From a virus: 64,000 bases of DNA. Below the pieces are notes generated by a model that worked only from the letters and a program-made list of their open reading frames with translations, made no database searches and was not told the origin of the DNA. The stretch spans positions 4,907-68,906 of IMG/VR virus record IMGVR_UViG_3300009079_000021; one strand, 5' to 3'. Positions 48,482-57,277 of this stretch are shown in pieces; the first letter of the stretch is position 1, and every line of letters starts with the position of its first letter. The translations under genes and the position numbers were made by a program.

Positions 48482-48612
48482 TTTTTAGATTTTAACCAAC
48501 AAGGTTTGCATAACGAATTTACCCAACTGCCATCAGGTGCTTGGTGTCCAACTTGAGGTGTTTCATTCGCTGGAACCATCTTACCACACCCAGAGCATTT
48601 TGTCTCCCACAT
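48478..48612 (-). CDS. 44-aa zinc-ribbon-like protein (CSGC...CKPC)
   Basis: Read manually: MWETKCSGCGKMVP...LCKPCWLKSKK; ATGA overlap. Confidence 0.6.
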   Translation of the reverse strand: MWETKCSGCGKMVPANETPQVGHQAPDGSWVNSLCKPCWLKSKK

Positions 48613-48614
48613 CT

Positions 48615-48914
48615 TCATAATGTTCTCTCAAGTCGATTCGTTGCTTGGTCTGGGAAGTCTCTAGGACGACTATCAGTAGCATTATCAGTTTTAGGAGAAC
48701 CTTCGTTCGCTTTCATAGTATGCTGATAGTTTGGTCTTGGATATCTGATACAGAATGGATCAGGCATCCAGTATGTTACCTGCCATTCCTGTTCAGGACA
48801 TAACTCAAGATGCTTCTCTACACTATGAGAGAAGATACCAATTTGAATGTATCCATCGTGACTGACACATCTACCATTACCAATGTCAACTAGGAATAGC
48901 ATTTTACTACTCAT
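48615..48914 (-). CDS. hypothetical protein
   Basis: ORF track, 99 aa. Confidence 0.65.
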   Translation of the reverse strand: MSSKMLFLVDIGNGRCVSHDGYIQIGIFSHSVEKHLELCPEQEWQVTYWMPDPFCIRYPRPNYQHTMKANEGSPKTDNATDSRPRDFPDQATNRLERTL

Positions 48915-49042
48915 AGCAGTTCTTGCTCTGGGTTGAGATTTTCAACAAATTGGATAGGATCCTTTTCTGACTTGTGTACCCAATGATAGCGCATCATCTC
49001 GTAAATAGGATCCCACATGGGGATACAGACATAATCAGTCAT
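48911..49042 (-). CDS. 43-aa hypothetical protein (MTDYVCIPMWDPIYEMMRYHWVHKSE...)
   Basis: Read manually; ATGA overlaps at both ends. Confidence 0.6.
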   Translation of the reverse strand: MTDYVCIPMWDPIYEMMRYHWVHKSEKDPIQFVENLNPEQELL

Positions 49043-49173
49043 TTGCGTTTCTTTCTAGGTTTCCTCTTGGTGGTATGCTTCTTAACTAACTTGTTTAATT
49101 GTTCTGCATTCAACTTGTTAAGTTGTGCATTGACATACTTTATCAATTTCTCTTTACATTCTGTTTTAGTCAC
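49039..49173 (-). CDS. small basic hypothetical protein (probable GTG start)
   Basis: C-terminal part of the ORF-track entry 49039..49236. Confidence 0.5.
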   Translation of the reverse strand: MTKTECKEKLIKYVNAQLNKLNAEQLNKLVKKHTTKRKPRKKRK

Positions 49174-49480
49174 GTTGCCTCCAATCGTCTCTTTTTTCAT
49201 GATTAAACCAATCTGCAATCTCATCAGCAGATCCAAATCCCGTCTTATAATTGGATGGATCGGGATCTCCTAAACCCATCCTATTCATAAAATCATCCAA
49301 ACTACCTTCTTCAATCTGTTGTGTTATTTGGCGTCTAGCCATCTTTAACATCTCATTAGCAGTTGTATTTGCCTTAGCAAGTTTATTTGCCCAAATCATA
49401 TCAGACAACTTTACTTCTTCACCATTAGCAATACATTTACAGATAAACTCCAGTCGTAGACGGTATTGTGTAGACAGCAT
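49166..49480 (-). CDS. conserved-type cyanophage hypothetical protein
   Basis: MLSTQYRLRLEFIC...DDWRQRD; late-type ATAAATA at about 49502-49508. Confidence 0.75.
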   Translation of the reverse strand: MLSTQYRLRLEFICKCIANGEEVKLSDMIWANKLAKANTTANEMLKMARRQITQQIEEGSLDDFMNRMGLGDPDPSNYKTGFGSADEIADWFNHEKRDDWRQRD

Positions 49481-49587
49481 AAATCTAAATCACATCTTGA
49501 TTATTTATCATCGACCCTTTTGACCAATTTTTTGCCGGGTTTTTTTCCCGACTTTTTTTGAAACTAAAAGGTCGATTTCGTTTTGAC

Positions 49588-49622
49588 AAAAAAAAGGGGG
49601 ATCTTTTTTTAGACCCCCCTTT
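49588..49622 (-). terminator. rho-independent terminator after gp32
   Basis: GGGGGTCT-A6-AGATCCCCC stem followed by a T-run. Confidence 0.8.
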
Positions 49623-49625
49623 ATA

Positions 49626-50561
49626 TTACATCTCTTCGTTAGCAAGTTGGTCGAAGTAATCATAGTTTTTATTCGACTCATCAGTTCTAAGGAAAGGAGA
49701 ACTTGACGTGATATCAGGATCATTAAATCCAGAGTTCAATGTACTCAATTCTTCTTTCATTGCAGCAGGAACAGCACTTGGCATGTATGCTACCTCTTCA
49801 TCAATAACCTCTTTAGAAATTGGTCGGTTGCTATTTAGCACAGCGTTAAGACGTGCTCCAAGTTCAGCATACGTTTTAAAGTGCTTGCCATTAGGGTCAG
49901 TAAACTCACTCAAATCATGCATCTGATTGAAGATCTCCCTCAATTTTTCTGTAGGGAAATCACCCAGTTTTCCCTGTGGAGCAAACACAGAAGAATCATA
50001 ATTCCAGAAACCTGCAACCTTCTTAATGCGAAGATGGAAATCAGCACCATTCCAAAGATCAAAAGGATCAATTGATTCTACACCTTTAAAATCAGGTTGT
50101 ACTAGTGCAAGAATTTTATCGTGAATTTTCTTACCATACTTATAAAGGAATACTTTACCTTCGTTATCAGGATTAGCACGATCCTCAATAACATAGATGT
50201 TTGAATAGTAAGACAGTTTACGTTTCTGCTTACGTGCAACTTCTTTATCAGATTCAAGACCACTATTCCAAAGAGAACGATTCAGTTCTGCAATAGGATC
50301 GGTCTGTCCAAGAGTAGTAAGAGAGTTCTCAATATACCATCCACCAGGACCTTTAAATGCATGACTCCAGACCTTTGCCCAAGGCATTGCATCTTCATCT
50401 GAGATAGGAAGGAATCGAATAACTGCACTACCAACATCATCTTTACCCATCTGAGGTTTCCAAAGACGATCATCGATATAACCTGATTTACCTTCTTTGC
50501 TTAACTCTGCATTCAATTTGTCAAGCAGTGAAGTTTTACTCTTCAGTGATTCAAAAGACAT
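49626..50561 (-). CDS. gp32: single-stranded DNA-binding protein gp32
   Basis: DDRLWKP...AVIRFLP...HAFKGPGGWYIENSLTTLG...NYDSS; acidic tail. Confidence 0.95.
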   Translation of the reverse strand: MSFESLKSKTSLLDKLNAELSKEGKSGYIDDRLWKPQMGKDDVGSAVIRFLPISDEDAMPWAKVWSHAFKGPGGWYIENSLTTLGQTDPIAELNRSLWNSGLESDKEVARKQKRKLSYYSNIYVIEDRANPDNEGKVFLYKYGKKIHDKILALVQPDFKGVESIDPFDLWNGADFHLRIKKVAGFWNYDSSVFAPQGKLGDFPTEKLREIFNQMHDLSEFTDPNGKHFKTYAELGARLNAVLNSNRPISKEVIDEEVAYMPSAVPAAMKEELSTLNSGFNDPDITSSSPFLRTDESNKNYDYFDQLANEEM

Positions 50562-50616
50562 TTAAATATTCTCCGTATTGTTTGGATTGTTTGGTTTGTG
50601 TCATATTGACTGTATT

Positions 50617-50645
50617 ATCATACCATATGAAGTGGGTCTTGTCAA
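50617..50645 (-). promoter_or_regulatory. sigma70-like promoter TTGACA-N17-TATGAT for gp32
   Basis: Near-consensus match with TG extension. Confidence 0.75.
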
Positions 50646-50670
50646 CCCTCTTCGCTTTCAAAGGCATCTC

Positions 50671-50988
50671 TCAAGGAATCGACTGCTTTTTGGCAAGATC
50701 GAAAATCTCAGGACCAACATTTTGTGAGGGAATTCCCATTTGCTTCGCAGCAACTCTAAAGTTTTCCTTCACCTGTTGACTATCATCATCATTTGAGAGC
50801 ATGACCCTAGTATATAGAATCTTTTGTTTCTCAACAAGAGCATCCATATCGTCAAGCATTTGTTTCTTTTCTTCTCTTTCCATGTCTTCAAATTTGTACA
50901 TACGAGAAACTAAAGTTTTATACAATTCATGCATTCTCTCTGCTTCTCTACGCACAATCTCAGATGAGAATAAATTTGAATCATTCAT
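50671..50988 (-). CDS. helical cyanophage protein (DUF1825-like)
   Basis: F.SEIVR.E...LVEKQKILYTRVMLS.D pattern. Confidence 0.65.
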   Translation of the reverse strand: MNDSNLFSSEIVRREAERMHELYKTLVSRMYKFEDMEREEKKQMLDDMDALVEKQKILYTRVMLSNDDDSQQVKENFRVAAKQMGIPSQNVGPEIFDLAKKQSIP

Positions 50989-51563
50989 AAATGTTCTACC
51001 ACTAATGCCTTTGCTTTTGATGTGTCGAAGTTAACAAATGGATCATACTTTTTTAAGATTTTTGACATTCGTTTCCAAATGACATCATCCCCAATAATTT
51101 TATCGTATTGATTAGAAAACCTCGTCAATCTATTTAACAATACAAATGTTTCTAACATAATATGACCACCTAGAACCATTCTAAGTGCTTTTGAATGTGT
51201 TCCTTTCGTACACTGCAAGGCATTGTTAAGTGTTTCACATTCATTCACAAGATTTTCTAGATCAGATTTGAACAAGTATGTAATACTTTGTTGGCGTCTT
51301 CTCCACTCGTTCAAATTCTCAACATCCATATTTTTAATATAGAAATTTGAATTGACAATAAAATTAGAAACAAAAAATTCAACGACATCTTTTTCTTTAT
51401 ATTGAGAACCTAGGCGCTCAAAGAAATATATATCGTTACGTTTGTTAAATGTTTCTGGGGTAACTCTATTTAAGTTGTTACCATAACGAAAATAATCGTA
51501 CCTATCCGTTGTAAAATGAGTTTTAATTGCAACGTAAGTACGATAAACTTCAAAAGCAGACAT
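50985..51563 (-). CDS. gp59: helicase loader gp59
   Basis: FEVYRTYVAIKTHF....YDYFRY...F.KRNDIYFFERL; synteny with gp32 and gp33. Confidence 0.85.
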   Translation of the reverse strand: MSAFEVYRTYVAIKTHFTTDRYDYFRYGNNLNRVTPETFNKRNDIYFFERLGSQYKEKDVVEFFVSNFIVNSNFYIKNMDVENLNEWRRRQQSITYLFKSDLENLVNECETLNNALQCTKGTHSKALRMVLGGHIMLETFVLLNRLTRFSNQYDKIIGDDVIWKRMSKILKKYDPFVNFDTSKAKALVVEHL

Positions 51564-51565
51564 AA

Positions 51566-51853
51566 TTAAATAGGAAGTACACCTCTAGTGGTTTTCTTAA
51601 TGTAGTTGAGGCGTGTTGCCTCTGCTTTAATCTTTTCCTTCAATGAGGGTGCGATTAACTTTACAACTGTCTCAACTTCAAGGTCTTTTGCATCGCAGAA
51701 ATCTACGATAGCATCAATGTAGTTAATACTTTTGTTACTGTCTTTCACAATGTTCTCAATTGCCATTGAAAACTTGTTCTTATCCATAAAGTTATCATCA
51801 ATTAATTGATCAATGTTTTTGTCAGATTTGGTGGGCATCTTTGTACTCTGCAA
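51566..51853 (-). CDS. gp33: late transcription coactivator gp33
   Basis: FSMAIE.IV....NYIDAIV.FC......E....LI...LKEKIKAEA..LNY. Confidence 0.88.
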   Translation of the reverse strand: MQSTKMPTKSDKNIDQLIDDNFMDKNKFSMAIENIVKDSNKSINYIDAIVDFCDAKDLEVETVVKLIAPSLKEKIKAEATRLNYIKKTTRGVLPI

Positions 51854-52490
51854 TGTAATCTTTTAGCAGAGGCACGTAATCTTCAGGATTCTTTATGAAT
51901 ACTTGAATGTCACCTGTCTGGCAAGTAATTAGTGTAACAATTTGTTCCACTTTAATTCCAGATCGTTCTTCATACATCTTAGCATACCCTGTCTCTTGAA
52001 CAAAGTAACTCTCAATCCAAGATTCTTTCTTCTCTTTACCGGAAGTTTTGAAATCTATGATCGAGAGTTTGCCGTCAAACTCAGCAATGCAGTCAACTCT
52101 TCCAGCAATCCCAAACTTGTGACTGTATAAAGGTGCCTCTTGAAAGTGGATATTATTAATACGATTGAACATGGACTTACCCTGTTTGAAAAGTATTAAT
52201 GCAAGATACTTATCTTTGTACCTTTTTAAATCAAGATTATTGTTTAGATAATCTTCCACCATACTATGTAGTGAGGTTCCAACAGTTGCTGCTCTAGTGG
52301 ATATTTTAGTTGCCTCTTCATTACCTACTCTTTTCCTCCATTCTACAATGGATTGACGTTTGCGATAAGAACAAATGGTAGAGATAGATGGGTAATCCTT
52401 CTCACCAACAGCATAAACTCTTTTTCCACTAGATGCAGTAGTCGCCTTGATGTCCTCAAGAAGGACACCCATATCAACATGAGTAAACAT
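51822..52490 (-). CDS. PD-(D/E)XK exonuclease (Cas4/RecB-like)
   Basis: YPSISTI...AGRVDCIAEFDGKLSIIDFKTS...Q..GY. Confidence 0.85.
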   Translation of the reverse strand: MFTHVDMGVLLEDIKATTASSGKRVYAVGEKDYPSISTICSYRKRQSIVEWRKRVGNEEATKISTRAATVGTSLHSMVEDYLNNNLDLKRYKDKYLALILFKQGKSMFNRINNIHFQEAPLYSHKFGIAGRVDCIAEFDGKLSIIDFKTSGKEKKESWIESYFVQETGYAKMYEERSGIKVEQIVTLITCQTGDIQVFIKNPEDYVPLLKDYIAEYKDAHQI

Positions 52491-53245
52491 TAACCAAATC
52501 CTAAATGCATTTTACTAAGAATGTAAGAACGGATAAGACCACTTCTTACAATGTCATCAGTGCCAAATTCAACACTAGTAAACTCTTCCATAACCTCAAG
52601 AATTTTCATAAAGTCAAGAATACCATTACGTTCATTCGTTTTAACAAGATCAGTTTGCATAACATCACCGGCAAAAATGATCTTACAGTCAGTACCAACA
52701 CGTGTAATGATAGAATCTAACTCATGGAAGTTAAGATTTTGACACTCATCAACAATAACAATAGCATTGTTAAGTGTCGTGCCACGGAGAAAAGATGTGC
52801 TCCAGAAAGATATAGTTTCTTGTGCCTTTAGATTATCATACAGCATGTTGTATGCCGGATCATCAGGCATCTTAAACATATGTTCAACCATATTCTTATA
52901 GGGTATCTGATACAAGTTTGACTTGTCTTCATGATCTCCTGGAAGAAATCCAATCTCTCTCGTAGGGACAAGAGAACGAACCATGTAAAGTTTTTCATAT
53001 GGAGATGTTCCTGAAAGAATCTCCTTCAATGCCATATACATTGCAATGAACGTTTTACCTGTACCTGCACAACCATAGAGAAAAAGGTTTTTACCGTTAT
53101 CGTAAGCATCAAATGCAAGTGTTTGATTTTCAGTTAATGGAGTGATCTCATTTAAGTGATCACCATTAATTGGTTTCCTACGTCTCATTTGTTTTGGAGT
53201 GCTATTAACAAAGTCGAACTGAATGTCCTTCCTTTTTCTTGACAT
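52490..53245 (-). CDS. phoH: PhoH-family ATPase
   Basis: GCAGTGKT Walker A, REIGFLPG, FLRGTT, DECQN, GD..QTDL, DIVRSGL. Confidence 0.95.
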   Translation of the reverse strand: MSRKRKDIQFDFVNSTPKQMRRRKPINGDHLNEITPLTENQTLAFDAYDNGKNLFLYGCAGTGKTFIAMYMALKEILSGTSPYEKLYMVRSLVPTREIGFLPGDHEDKSNLYQIPYKNMVEHMFKMPDDPAYNMLYDNLKAQETISFWSTSFLRGTTLNNAIVIVDECQNLNFHELDSIITRVGTDCKIIFAGDVMQTDLVKTNERNGILDFMKILEVMEEFTSVEFGTDDIVRSGLIRSYILSKMHLGFG

Positions 53246-53250
53246 AAGGG

Positions 53251-53484
53251 TTAATGGGTATCAATGTTTGATCTAATGTTTGCTTTTTTGATAGATTTCA
53301 GAACATCTCTGAAACCGTCAGGAACTTTGTTCCTGACGCCAGCATCAGCAACAAGACCAGGAAATGAATCATGGTACTGTTCGAGATGTTGGTTATCATC
53401 TTTGTATTTATCGAGAACAGTGAAACTCATACGAACTTCAGTGATCTCTCCAGTGTCTTTATTCCTGAACTGGTACGTCGGCAT
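53251..53484 (-). CDS. FmdB-like small regulatory protein
   Basis: MPTYQFRNKDTGE start; conserved position upstream of phoH. Confidence 0.75.
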   Translation of the reverse strand: MPTYQFRNKDTGEITEVRMSFTVLDKYKDDNQHLEQYHDSFPGLVADAGVRNKVPDGFRDVLKSIKKANIRSNIDTH

Positions 53485-53695
53485 CGCCTTCCCCCTCTTT
53501 TGTTTTATTAAATCCAAAAGGACCTGCTGATTTTTCTTCTAGTGCTACCTTTAATGCAACACCACCGACTGCCTCCATACATTTAAGAATGTCTTCGGTC
53601 TTAGCACCTTCACCAAGTTCTTTGGCAACGTACCAATACTTTGGCCAGAATGTTTCTCCTGCCCTTTGGTAATCATCAAGTGTTAGTAGTTTCAT
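53459..53695 (-). CDS. hypothetical protein
   Basis: ORF track, 78 aa. Confidence 0.7.
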   Translation of the reverse strand: MKLLTLDDYQRAGETFWPKYWYVAKELGEGAKTEDILKCMEAVGGVALKVALEEKSAGPFGFNKTKEGEGDADVPVQE

Positions 53696-54332
53696 GTTTT
53701 GTCCATCCTAATGCTTCTGCGACTATTGGAAATTGACCTGCAAATAAACACTTACATTCATTTGCAATGTCCATGTGTTCTTTCTGTGTTCCATTAGCGG
53801 AACGCAGATCGATGTAATGAATCCATGACCGAACTGATCCCGTCATGTAAATTTTGGTGGGAACTGCCAAAGGAAGTACAAAACGAGCACATTCTTTTGC
53901 AATACCTTGAGCAAGCATCTCACGATAAAGATCCATACCTTCAGCAAAATAGTTTTGCATTGCCATTTCAAATCTTTGCCTAGTAAAGGCATCGATATCA
54001 TCGATACTATTCTGCCTGTTCTTTGTATCCTGACGACGAAGTTCTGGTAGAGGAATGACATCCGTCAACATAGAACTGTCAGCATACCGTTGTGAGAATT
54101 CTTGATAAGTGAAACTTCGATGACGTAATATCTGTGCCGCCAGTCCCCTGGTGGTCTGGATCTCAAGCGTCATGTATGCCTGCTCAAAGACGCTCCAGTG
54201 GTTGTGTTTGATGCAATAGGATAAAAGACCAGCAACCTTTGGATTGTCTTGATTGTTAGGGTTGCTCACCCTTGCCACATACCCCATGTGTGCTTCAGCA
54301 TCTGGGGTAACACTAATAACTTTAACCTGCAT
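53676..54332 (-). CDS. thyX: FAD-dependent thymidylate synthase
   Basis: HWSVFE, QILRHRSFTYQEFSQRY and ECARFVLP motifs. Confidence 0.95.
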   Translation of the reverse strand: MQVKVISVTPDAEAHMGYVARVSNPNNQDNPKVAGLLSYCIKHNHWSVFEQAYMTLEIQTTRGLAAQILRHRSFTYQEFSQRYADSSMLTDVIPLPELRRQDTKNRQNSIDDIDAFTRQRFEMAMQNYFAEGMDLYREMLAQGIAKECARFVLPLAVPTKIYMTGSVRSWIHYIDLRSANGTQKEHMDIANECKCLFAGQFPIVAEALGWTKHETTNT

Positions 54333-54537
54333 AATATGCTAAAAAATACTTTACAATACCAGACGAACTGACGTGTCCTTGAGAGACCCAATCATGACAG
54401 CAATTTTGAATACTCTCCATGCTGTGTATCGGTTCTCCATTTTCCTTGGTCAAACCACCATACTTATTAAGAAGAATGGTGTAGACCTGTTGGCGTAGTT
54501 CCATACGCTCTTCGTTGTAGCGCCAATCAGTGCTCAT
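54322..54537 (-). CDS. hypothetical protein
   Basis: ORF track, 71 aa, coupled. Confidence 0.7.
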   Translation of the reverse strand: MSTDWRYNEERMELRQQVYTILLNKYGGLTKENGEPIHSMESIQNCCHDWVSQGHVSSSGIVKYFLAYYAG

Positions 54538-54920
54538 TTTTTTTCTTTTTTAGGTTTGTTACCCCAAAGTTTCGGATTAACCATACCATACATAGTTTCC
54601 ATTGTCAAGATTTTACCCCCTAATGGTTTGAGAATATCATGATAAGCATCAAACACTTTAACGTTCTTAGGACCACCTGCATGATCATAATGAACTTCGC
54701 CATCGATCTCATACACTACTAACACAGCATTATATGGCCAATCTTTTTTGTTAATAGTTTTAGGATCGCAATCATGAGAAAAAACTACTACATCATACTT
54801 AGATCTTAGTAGTTTTTTATCAGCGTCTGTTAGATTGAAATTCATCGATGAGTTCTCGGATTCGGTCTTCACAGAATCCTGGATTTGATAGGGTGACTCT
54901 GTGGAAAGTTTCTCGGTCAT
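54534..54920 (-). CDS. conserved-type cyanophage hypothetical protein
   Basis: ORF track; ends with YGMVNPKLWG. Confidence 0.7.
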   Translation of the reverse strand: MTEKLSTESPYQIQDSVKTESENSSMNFNLTDADKKLLRSKYDVVVFSHDCDPKTINKKDWPYNAVLVVYEIDGEVHYDHAGGPKNVKVFDAYHDILKPLGGKILTMETMYGMVNPKLWGNKPKKEKK

Positions 54921-54987
54921 TCTGTTCCTCCTGTATGCACTTTTTAATCATGTAAATCACTCGTTGTTCATTGACAATGTTGACCAC

Positions 54988-55413
54988 TCATACACTCCAT
55001 ACAATTTCAGGAAATGCTTCCTTCACTACTGCATGAGTAACTCTGAATTTTGTTTGAAGGAGTTTATCTTTTGCAAGACAAACAATCTCTGCCTCAGATT
55101 CATGCAGACCTTCTAAAAGTTGAATGAATAGTTGCTCTCTCTTAGTACGAGAAAGATGATTTGCACCTTTAATAAATCTCCAAAGATTACGATACTCTCT
55201 TTCTAATACAGTATGCTCTGTACCGATGGGAGCATCATTTTTATTGAAGGGTACATCTCCTTCAGGTAGATCTGATTGTATAGCAGAATCAAAATTCCAT
55301 TTCAGAACTGATCGAAGTGCTTGAGTACTATTAGATTGAAGAATTTTAATCTTTTCAGTTTTTGTTTTGGCATTAGATGCCTTTTTGATAACTTCAGAAA
55401 TCAAAAGTTTCAT
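54988..55413 (-). CDS. conserved T4-like hypothetical protein
   Basis: LPEGDVPF...KREQLFIQLLEGLHESEA; late-type CTAAATA at about 55443. Confidence 0.8.
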   Translation of the reverse strand: MKLLISEVIKKASNAKTKTEKIKILQSNSTQALRSVLKWNFDSAIQSDLPEGDVPFNKNDAPIGTEHTVLEREYRNLWRFIKGANHLSRTKREQLFIQLLEGLHESEAEIVCLAKDKLLQTKFRVTHAVVKEAFPEIVWSV

Positions 55414-55445
55414 AAGAAATACAAATAAGTCGTGTGTTTTAGTAT

Positions 55446-55718
55446 TTAGTCCTCAGGAAATGGATCAGTATCAAAGGCATCTCTCTGATCAAATTCTACA
55501 CTGATAAGTTTAGAAACTTGAAAAGGAATAGGGTTACCTTCTTCATCCATCATCTCTGGGTGTGGAGTGTATGCAACCTGCTCTTCTGCTTGTTCTCCGA
55601 TAAGAATATCAACAAAACTAACAAAATATGAGTGAGCAAACCATCCAAATAAAAATCCAAGTAGTGTTCCACCTAGTGTGATTAGTGTAGAAAATACTAG
55701 AATAATTGAGGTTGTCAT
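55446..55718 (-). CDS. membrane-anchored hypothetical protein (start uncertain)
   Basis: N-terminal TM helix; HPEM.DE.G motif. Confidence 0.65.
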   Translation of the reverse strand: MTTSIILVFSTLITLGGTLLGFLFGWFAHSYFVSFVDILIGEQAEEQVAYTPHPEMMDEEGNPIPFQVSKLISVEFDQRDAFDTDPFPED

Positions 55719-55800
55719 CTGTCTATCTCCGTGCTTAGGTTCAACCGATTGTTCTAATGATCCGGATCGCTTCCTCCTAAGACGCATAAACTCGTCACCT

Positions 55801-56181
55801 TTATTTATGGGCAACTGAAGTTCGTTTTCGTCTGTTTTTAGTTCCAGGTTTTCTTCCTGGTCTTCGTTCTTGTTCATACTTCCATGCATCTGTAAGAATT
55901 TTGTACAAATAATCTTTAACTCTACGTGCTTTTGATATACTTAGATGACCGTATGCTTGTTTAGAAATTTCATCTCCACCTTTAATGTAGAGTTCTAAAT
56001 CAAACACGATACTAGATATGTTTGCCGCAGTAGAACTTTCAATAAAATCTCTAATCTCTACACGTTTAAACTCACATAGTTTTACGTAGACATAAAGATT
56101 AAATAAAAACTTTTCATTAAAAGCATCATCAATTGATTTCTCTACAAGGTAATAGAGTTCATCAGTTTCTTTGAATGACAT
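55801..56181 (-). CDS. conserved-type cyanophage hypothetical protein
   Basis: ORF track, 126 aa; AYGHL..KAR..K.YL motif, basic tail. Confidence 0.75.
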   Translation of the reverse strand: MSFKETDELYYLVEKSIDDAFNEKFLFNLYVYVKLCEFKRVEIRDFIESSTAANISSIVFDLELYIKGGDEISKQAYGHLSISKARRVKDYLYKILTDAWKYEQERRPGRKPGTKNRRKRTSVAHK

Positions 56182-56417
56182 TAGATTAAATTATTTTCTT
56201 GAAAATAATGAAGGGTATCTTTAAACCCACCGATGTGTTTAGTATTGATGGAGATCTGTGGGAAAGTAGCACCTTCACCAAACTCAGCATAGAACTGTGG
56301 TTTAGTAAAGTCCCTCTCATACTTATACTCTTTGTATTGCACGTCTAGGTTATCGAAGAGCATCTTTGCCCTATCACACCATTGACATTCATTCTTTGAA
56401 TAAAGAATTACTTCCAT
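56181..56417 (-). CDS. nrdC: glutaredoxin
   Basis: CQWC active site, TFPQI, HIGGF. Confidence 0.9.
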   Translation of the reverse strand: MEVILYSKNECQWCDRAKMLFDNLDVQYKEYKYERDFTKPQFYAEFGEGATFPQISINTKHIGGFKDTLHYFQENNLI

Positions 56418-56443
56418 AACCTCCTTAGGAATTACTGTAGGAA

Positions 56444-56477
56444 TCATAGCATAAAAAAGGAGGGTCGTCAACCCTCA
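56444..56477 (-). terminator. terminator GAGGGT-TGACG-ACCCTC-T6 overlapping a TTGACG-N17-TATGAT promoter
   Basis: Hairpin, U-tract and promoter boxes share the same bases. Confidence 0.65.
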
Positions 56478-56482
56478 TGTGC

Positions 56483-56686
56483 CTATAAATCTAATTGATA
56501 GCAACTAGACCGTGCTAAGTTTGGATTTTTCTTCAATGTCCTATGCACATGACCATGGACATCAGATTCTAAAGTGAAGTGTGCTTTAGTATGTACGAAC
56601 TGAACCACAAGTAACAATCCAACAATACATAAGTTGAATCCAGTTATTGGGTGAGTCAGTATGGGTAAGATCTTTTTCACAATCAT
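56483..56686 (-). CDS. small membrane protein
   Basis: ORF track, 67 aa. Confidence 0.6.
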   Translation of the reverse strand: MIVKKILPILTHPITGFNLCIVGLLLVVQFVHTKAHFTLESDVHGHVHRTLKKNPNLARSSCYQLDL

Positions 56687-56710
56687 AAAAAAAGGGAACC
56701 GAAGTTCCCT
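56687..56710 (-). terminator. rho-independent terminator AGGGAAC-TTCG-GTTCCCT-T6
   Basis: UUCG tetraloop hairpin with U-tract. Confidence 0.88.
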
Positions 56711-56725
56711 ATATCAAATGAAAGA

Positions 56726-57097
56726 TCAGAAGGAGTACTTCAGACCCAACTTGGTTCCATAACCACGGTCGATGTCAGAATCACCTGAACCAACGAAGGA
56801 CACTTCACCATATGCACCCAGAGCATCGGTCAATGAAAGACCGAGACCTGCCTTACCAGAAGGAACGGTGTCGCTCTCAGCACCATCAGGACTGACAACA
56901 GTAGCACCACCCTGGACATAGTATGAAGCACTCTCACCGAGTTCGCCTTCAAAACCAACGTGAAGGTCGGTGGCGGTTCCGTTGTAGTTGGATCCCGTGA
57001 AACCGGAGTTGGCTTCTACGTTAACGTAGGGACCAGCGAAAGCGGCACCAGCAGAGAAAGCAGTTGCAGACAGTGCTGCGAATACAGATTTAATCAT
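56726..57097 (-). CDS. secreted small outer-membrane beta-barrel-like protein of cyanobacterial type
   Basis: Signal peptide (AFA), alternating beta pattern, C-terminal KLGLKYSF; host-like codon usage. Confidence 0.75.
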   Translation of the reverse strand: MIKSVFAALSATAFSAGAAFAGPYVNVEANSGFTGSNYNGTATDLHVGFEGELGESASYYVQGGATVVSPDGAESDTVPSGKAGLGLSLTDALGAYGEVSFVGSGDSDIDRGYGTKLGLKYSF

Positions 57098-57277
57098 TTT
57101 GTTTAATTACCTTTAGTTACTTGCGGAATGGTTACCCGCAGATGAATAGAGACATCGACATGTCTCGTTGTTAATTATACAATTGACACACGTAAAAATA
57201 CTTATTTAAATGTGACAGTTGTAGTATATGTATACAAATAGAATACATATACATGTCAGGAGATAAACACCTGACAA

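Noticed and set aside
49508-49723. 71-aa ORF crossing the gp32 end
   Set aside because: Runs through a terminator and A-tract element; likely spurious
51822-52490. Cas4-like nuclease as evidence of a CRISPR system
   Set aside because: It is a core T4-like phage exonuclease; no repeat-spacer array or other cas genes are seen
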